A stretch of DNA of 64,000 nt from Alphaproteobacteria bacterium (lineage in GTDB: Bacteria > Pseudomonadota > Alphaproteobacteria > Bin95), in contig OZ219787.1 of NCBI GenBank assembly GCA_964291285.2, positions 992,001 through 1,056,000 on the forward strand. The letters are read 5' to 3'. This document shows, one piece after another, positions 59,074-64,000 of this stretch (its first letter is position 1; each line of letters starts with the position of its first letter). A program made the position numbers and the translations under genes. The notes under the pieces are model-generated. The model was not told the origin of the DNA. It searched no databases and saw only the letters and a program-made list of their open reading frames with translations.

Positions 59074-60275
59074 ACGGCGGGCGGCTGCCCGAGAACATCA
59101 TGCATTTCGGCCGGGTGCTGCGCACCGCCGGCCTGCCGGTCGGCCCGGACCAGGTGCTGAAGGCCATCGAGGCGGTCTCGGCGGTCGATATGGCCGACCG
59201 GGCGCAATTCTACTGGGCGCTCCATGCCGCGCTGGTGAACCGGCGCGGCCAGCAGGAGCTGTTCGACCAGGCGTTCCATGTCTTCTGGCGCAATCCGCGC
59301 CTGCTGGAGCGGATGATGTCGCTGGTGATCCCGACTTCCAGCGTCGATACGGGGCCGGAGGAGTCGGAACCGCTGGCGCGCCGGCTGGCGGAGGCGCTGA
59401 CGCCCGAGCAAACCGGGCTTCGCGAGCGGGAGGGGGACGAGGAGGTCGAAATCCGCGCCGAGCTCACATGGTCGGACCGGGAAGTGCTGCGCACGATGGA
59501 TTTCGAGACCATGTCGCTGGAGGAGCAGGAGGCGGCGAAGCGCGCCATGGCGAAGATGCGCCTGCCGCTCCGGCCCGTGCCCGCGCGGCGCTTCCGGCTG
59601 CATCCGAGGGGGCGGCGGCCGGACCTGCGGGCGACGCTCAGGGGTGCGATGCGCACCGGCGGCGACTTCGTGGCGCTCCGGCGGAGGCGCCGGCTGCGGC
59701 GGCCGCCGCCGCTGGTGGTGATCTGCGACATTTCCGGGTCGATGGCGCGCTATTCCCGGATGCTGCTGCACTTCATGCACGCCGTCACCAATGACCGCGA
59801 CCGGGTGCATTGCTTCCTGTTCGGCACGCGGCTGACCAACGTCACCCGCCAGCTTCGCCAGAAGGACGTGGACACGGCGCTTGCGGGCGTGGCGGAGGCG
59901 GTCGAGGACTGGTCCGGCGGCACCCGCATCGGCGCTTCGCTCAGGAGCTTCAACCGCCTCTGGTCGCGCCGGGTGCTGGGGCAGGGCGCGGTGGTGCTGC
60001 TCATCAGCGACGGGCTCGACCGCGACTCCGGCGCGGGGCTGGCCCCGGAGATCGAGCGCCTGCACAAGTCCTGCCGGCGGCTGGTCTGGCTCAACCCGCT
60101 GCTGCGCTACGACGCCTACGAACCGCGCACGCGCGGTGCGGCCGCGCTGATGCCGCATGTTGACGAATTCCGGCCGGCGCACAATCTGGATAGTCTTGAG
60201 GAGCTGGCTGCGGCGCTCGGGCGCGAGCCGGCCCGCCGGCAGGAGGGAGTGAGCGAATGGCTGACGCGGCTGTAG
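59070..60275 (+). CDS. VWA domain protein (CoxE-like)
   Basis: CDISGSM MIDAS motif, FGTRLTN, DWSGGTRIG, SDGLD, WLNPL. Confidence 0.9.
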   Translation: MNGGRLPENIMHFGRVLRTAGLPVGPDQVLKAIEAVSAVDMADRAQFYWALHAALVNRRGQQELFDQAFHVFWRNPRLLERMMSLVIPTSSVDTGPEESEPLARRLAEALTPEQTGLREREGDEEVEIRAELTWSDREVLRTMDFETMSLEEQEAAKRAMAKMRLPLRPVPARRFRLHPRGRRPDLRATLRGAMRTGGDFVALRRRRRLRRPPPLVVICDISGSMARYSRMLLHFMHAVTNDRDRVHCFLFGTRLTNVTRQLRQKDVDTALAGVAEAVEDWSGGTRIGASLRSFNRLWSRRVLGQGAVVLLISDGLDRDSGAGLAPEIERLHKSCRRLVWLNPLLRYDAYEPRTRGAAALMPHVDEFRPAHNLDSLEELAAALGREPARRQEGVSEWLTRL

Positions 60276-60592
60276 GCGAAGCGGACGCGATTCTCGACCG
60301 GGCGGCGGCCTGGGCGGCGGCGGGCAGGGGCGTTGCGCTCGCCACGGTGGTGAAGACCTGGGGCTCCTCGCCGCGCGCGGTCGGCAGCCAGCTGGTCGTG
60401 GACGACACGGGCGCGTTCGAGGGTTCGGTGTCGGGCGGCTGCATCGAGGGCGCGGTCGTGACCGAGGCCCGCCGGACCATCGAGGACGGCGCGCCGCGCC
60501 TGCTCGATTTCGGCGTGAGCGACGAGGAAGCCTGGGAAGTCGGGCTTGCCTGCGGCGGGTCGATCGAGGTGTTTGTCGAGAAGCTGGCATGA
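60257..60592 (+). CDS. XdhC/CoxI-family protein (N-terminal domain)
   Basis: ATVVKTWGSSPR, GSVSGGCIE, GLACGG. Confidence 0.88.
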   Translation: MADAAVGEADAILDRAAAWAAAGRGVALATVVKTWGSSPRAVGSQLVVDDTGAFEGSVSGGCIEGAVVTEARRTIEDGAPRLLDFGVSDEEAWEVGLACGGSIEVFVEKLA

Positions 60593-61266
60593 AGGCGGAA
60601 ACGCTCGCCCGCCTGCGCGCCGCCCGCAGCGAGCGGCGCCCGGTCGCGCGCGTCGCGGCGCTCGACGGCAGCGTGGATGCGGTCGTGGAGGACGGCGAGG
60701 GACCGTTGCCGGAGCCGGTGCTGGAAGTCGCGCGCGCTGCGTTGAAGCAGAACCGCAGCCACGATTTCGAGCATGAGGGCGGGCGCTGGTTCGTGCAGGT
60801 GTTCAACCCGCCGCTCCGGCTGATCGTCGTCGGCGCGGTGCATATCTCGCAGCCGTTGATCGGGATGGCGTCCGGCCTCGGCTACGATGTCACGCTCGTC
60901 GATCCGAGGGGCGCGTTTGCGACGGAGGCGCGGTTTCCCGATGTCGAGATCTGCGACGAGTGGCCCGACGATGCGCTGGAGGCGCTCGGCGTGGACGGGC
61001 GCACGGCCGTTGTGACCTTGACCCACGATCCCAAGCTGGACGATCCCGCCCTGCATGTCGCGCTCCGCTCGGAGGCGTTCTATGTCGGCGCGCTCGGCAG
61101 CCGCAGGACGCATGCGCAGCGGGTCGAGCGGCTGGTCGAGGCCGGGTTCGACGAGGCCGCCATCGGCCGCATCCGCGCGCCCATCGGCCTCGATCTGGGC
61201 GGACGGGCGCCGGCCGAGATCGCGCTCGCCATCGCGGCGCAGATGACGGAGGCGCTTTACCGATGA
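60589..61266 (+). CDS. XdhC/CoxF-family protein (Rossmann part)
   Basis: IVVGAVHIS, LTHDPKLDD, YVGALGS, PIGLDLG..PAEIA. Confidence 0.88.
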   Translation: MKAETLARLRAARSERRPVARVAALDGSVDAVVEDGEGPLPEPVLEVARAALKQNRSHDFEHEGGRWFVQVFNPPLRLIVVGAVHISQPLIGMASGLGYDVTLVDPRGAFATEARFPDVEICDEWPDDALEALGVDGRTAVVTLTHDPKLDDPALHVALRSEAFYVGALGSRRTHAQRVERLVEAGFDEAAIGRIRAPIGLDLGGRAPAEIALAIAAQMTEALYR

Positions 61267-62858
61267 AGTTCGGGCCGGTCCCGCTCGAGGACGCCGAAGG
61301 CGCGCTGCTGGCGCATTCGATCCGGCTGGAGCGGGCGGTGTTCCGCAAGGGCCGGCTGCTGTCGGCGGCCGACCTTGCCGCGCTGGCGGAAGCGGGCGTT
61401 GAAGAGGTGACGGCGGCCCGGTTCGAGCCGGGCGACATGGGCGAGGACGGCGCGGCCGCGGCGGTCGCGGCGGCGGTGGCCGGCGAGGGGCTGGAGGTCG
61501 CGGCGCCGTTCACCGGGCGCGTCAACCTGTTCGCTTCCGAGCGCGGCGTGCTGACCGTCGAGGCGGGGCTTGTGGACCGGCTGAACCTGCTCGACGAGAG
61601 CATCACGCTCGCGACCTTGCCGCCCTACAGCCTTGTCGAGCGCCGGCAGATGGTGGCGACGGTGAAGGTCATCCCCTTCGCCGCGCCGGAAGAAGCGGTC
61701 CGGCGGATCGAAGGCCCGCTGCTGGCGCTGCACCCGCTCAGGCCCAGGCGGGTGGCGCTGATCCAGACCGAGCTGCCCAGCGTCAAGGCGAGCGTGCTCG
61801 ACAAGACGGTCGAGATCACCCGCGCGAGGGTCGAGGCGCTGAACGGCGCGCTGATCGGTGAGAGCCGCGCCGCGCATGAAGAAGCGGCGCTGGCGCGGGC
61901 GATAGGGGAGAGCCTGGGGCAGGGTCCGGACATCCTGCTGATCGCCGGCGCCTCGGCCATCGTGGACCGGCGTGACGTGCTGCCCGCGGCCATCGAGGCG
62001 GCCGGCGGCGCGGTCGAGCATTTCGGGATGCCGGTCGATCCCGGCAACCTGATCCTCCTCGGGCGGATCGGGGCGGCGCCCGTCATCGGCCTGCCGGGCT
62101 GCGCCCGCTCGCCCAAGGCGAACGGCTTCGACTGGGTGCTCCAGCGCCTCGCCGCCGGGCTGGAGGTCGGACGGCGCGAGATCATGTCGATGGGCGTCGG
62201 CGGGCTGCTGGTCGATATTCCGGGCCGGCCCCAGCCGCGCACCCGGAGCCGGCCCGCTGCGGAGCCCGCCCGCCTGCCGCGCATAGCTGCCGTGGTGCTG
62301 GCCGCCGGGCAGTCCCGGCGCATGGGCTCGGCGAACAAGCTGCTGGCGGAGGTGGACGGAGCCGCCATGCTCCAACGGGCGCTTGGAGCCGCGCGGGCCT
62401 CCCAGGCAGCCTCCGTGCTGGTGGTGACCGGGCACGAGCGCGAGCGTATCGAAGCGGCGGTCGATGCGCCGACGGTCCACAATCCCGACTTTGCGGAGGG
62501 CCTCTCCACGTCGCTCAGGACCGGCATCGCCGCCTTGCCCGAAGATGTCGACGGCGCCGTGGTCCTGCTGGGCGACATGCCCTTCGTTTCGGCCGCCCAT
62601 ATCGACCGGCTGATCGCGGCCTTCAACCCGCTGGAGGGCCGGTCGATCTGCGTGCCGACCTTCAACGGCAAGCGCGGCAATCCCGTGCTCTGGGGACGGG
62701 AGCTGTTCGCGGAGATAGGCGGCATTTCCGGCGATGTCGGGGCCAAGCACCTGATCGGGGCCAATGGCGACCTGCTGGTCGAGGTGCCGATGCCGGACGA
62801 GAGCGTGCTGCGCGATGTCGATACGCCCGACTCGCTCGCAGAGGCCCGGTCGGGTTAG
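61263..62858 (+). CDS. Molybdopterin-binding domain + MocA-like cytidylyltransferase fusion
   Basis: TGRVNL, GMPVDPGNL, PGCARSPK; C-terminal LAAGQSRRMG.NKLL, LGDMP, GNPV, GDVGA, DVDTP. Confidence 0.88.
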   Translation: MKFGPVPLEDAEGALLAHSIRLERAVFRKGRLLSAADLAALAEAGVEEVTAARFEPGDMGEDGAAAAVAAAVAGEGLEVAAPFTGRVNLFASERGVLTVEAGLVDRLNLLDESITLATLPPYSLVERRQMVATVKVIPFAAPEEAVRRIEGPLLALHPLRPRRVALIQTELPSVKASVLDKTVEITRARVEALNGALIGESRAAHEEAALARAIGESLGQGPDILLIAGASAIVDRRDVLPAAIEAAGGAVEHFGMPVDPGNLILLGRIGAAPVIGLPGCARSPKANGFDWVLQRLAAGLEVGRREIMSMGVGGLLVDIPGRPQPRTRSRPAAEPARLPRIAAVVLAAGQSRRMGSANKLLAEVDGAAMLQRALGAARASQAASVLVVTGHERERIEAAVDAPTVHNPDFAEGLSTSLRTGIAALPEDVDGAVVLLGDMPFVSAAHIDRLIAAFNPLEGRSICVPTFNGKRGNPVLWGRELFAEIGGISGDVGAKHLIGANGDLLVEVPMPDESVLRDVDTPDSLAEARSG

Positions 62859-62891
62859 CGGGCATCGAGCCTGTTCGGCGGGATGCAGGCG

Positions 62892-63140
62892 TCCTTCGAT
62901 ACGCGCCCCCTTCGACTGGCTCAGGACAGGCTGCTGGCGCGGTCGCTACTCAGGATGAGGGAAGGAGGACCGCGGCCGCGCGCCCGGAGCCGGCCCGCGA
63001 GGGCGCCCCCCCTTCGACACGCTCAGGGCAGGCTTTCCCTCGTCCTGAGTAGCCGACCGGAGGGAGGCGTATCGAAGGACCGCTCCGCCAGCCGCCCGCC
63101 ATCCCTCGATACGCTGCTGCGCGGCTACTCAGGATGAGGG
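62892..63140. repeat. Cluster of REP/MITE-like palindromes
   Basis: Full copy at 63037-63140 nearly identical to 28478-28578; half copy at 62892-62961; two CCCTTCGAC..GCTCAGG.CAGG units. Confidence 0.85.
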
Positions 63141-63208
63141 ACAGAGGGTCGGGACGCCGGGCCGGACCGGGCCCGGCACAGTGATGCGGGGTCGCGGGCA
63201 GTTTTTCC

Positions 63209-63236
63209 TTGAAATAATCCCCAAATGTTCTATATT
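63209..63236 (+). promoter_or_regulatory. Sigma70-like promoter upstream of HTH gene copy B
   Basis: TTGAAA-N16-TATATT in an AT-rich patch, preceded by ATGTTC as in copy A. Confidence 0.55.
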
Positions 63237-63470
63237 TGTATCGAAGACGGCTACACCGGAGCCCGTGAGGCCATGACCTGAACGACTGGCGGCGGCTTGC
63301 GCCGCGCTCGATGCAAAGCTGGAACGCCGGCGGCCGGAGGGGCCGGGTGGCGGCGGGCAGGCGTGCGCGCACGGCGCAGGCGGCTCGCAATCGGGTTCGG
63401 TGGAAACGGGCCGTCAGTCGCAATCGGGTTCGTCAGGCGCGGGAGCGGAGATGGAAGGGGAGGAGACGGG

Positions 63471-63911
63471 ATGACGGATGGATCGACAGGCGCCCCGGCG
63501 GGCGATTTGCGGCTGCGGCAGCAGGGCCGGGCGGTGAGCGAGGACATGCGCCGCCATGCGGTGGCGGCGGTGCTGCATGAGGGCATGAGCAGACAGGCGG
63601 CAGCGCGGCGGTTCGGCGTGTCGGCGAGCAGCGTCGCGCTGTGGGTCCGGCGCTATCGGGAGCGCGACGACCTGCGGCCCGACAAGCCGGGCGGCAGCGC
63701 TTCGCGGATAGAGCCGGAGCGCGGGCGCATCCTCCGCATTCTGGCGGCACGGCCGAATCTGACCATGTACGAGTTGCGCGACGCGCTCGCTGCGGAAGGC
63801 GTGTCATTCCATCCGGCTACGGTGCAGCGCTTCCTGGAGCGCCACGGCCTGGACCTGAAAAGCCGCCGCGCCGCCCGCGCCCTCCATCGCAGCCGGCGAC
63901 GCGCCCGATAG
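63471..63911 (+). CDS. IS630-transposase-type HTH protein without a DDE domain (copy B, 146 aa)
   Basis: 79/109 identical residues, ungapped, to copy A by manual alignment; GGAGGAG RBS; no OrfB. Confidence 0.78.
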   Translation: MTDGSTGAPAGDLRLRQQGRAVSEDMRRHAVAAVLHEGMSRQAAARRFGVSASSVALWVRRYRERDDLRPDKPGGSASRIEPERGRILRILAARPNLTMYELRDALAAEGVSFHPATVQRFLERHGLDLKSRRAARALHRSRRRAR

Positions 63912-64000
63912 GCCCGGTCCCCCGCCCGCTACCTCCCGGGGGCATAGACGAAGCCGTCCATGAGGCGGCGCGCCGTGCGGTAAACGACCGCACGTTCGGC

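Noticed and set aside
62892-63140. CRISPR array
   Set aside because: The repeats are inverted palindromes without regular unique spacers, and there are no cas genes in the window.
63227-63241. Alphaproteobacterial LexA box (GTTC-N7-GTTC) at the HTH promoters
   Set aside because: Copy B gives only GTTC-N7-GTAT and copy A has no second half-site; too weak to call.
63929-64000. C-terminus of a minus-strand gene (…AERAVVYRTARRLMDGFVYAPGR*)
   Set aside because: Too short to assign; it does not resemble an IS630 DDE domain and is on the opposite strand to the HTH gene.

Overview
High-GC alphaproteobacterial chromosome segment (Rhodospirillales-like gene order; taxon is inferred). Mostly housekeeping and catabolic genes: mtnA/mtnP, petABC, hemF, a TRAP transporter, pepP, mutY/mmcB, a cobalamin cluster, phaB/phaC-like/phaR, purH and coxDEF-like Mo-cofactor maturation genes. 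Scattered among them are accessory modules: a NERD-helicase split by an IS1595 element with an 8-bp target duplication, an orphan VapB-like gene, an MNT-HEPN pair, McrBC, an HNH-membrane protein and a NYN protein. The least explained signals are two dispersed two-copy families. (1) Stand-alone IS630-type HTH genes with no catalytic DDE partner, each behind a promoter-like sequence and a conserved ~200-nt leader. (2) A ~420-500-bp non-coding element with a promoter-like end, an identical 41-bp core, a variable middle and phased TGTCATG repeats. No rRNA, tRNA or CRISPR array was seen. All calls come from reading motifs by eye, with no database search.
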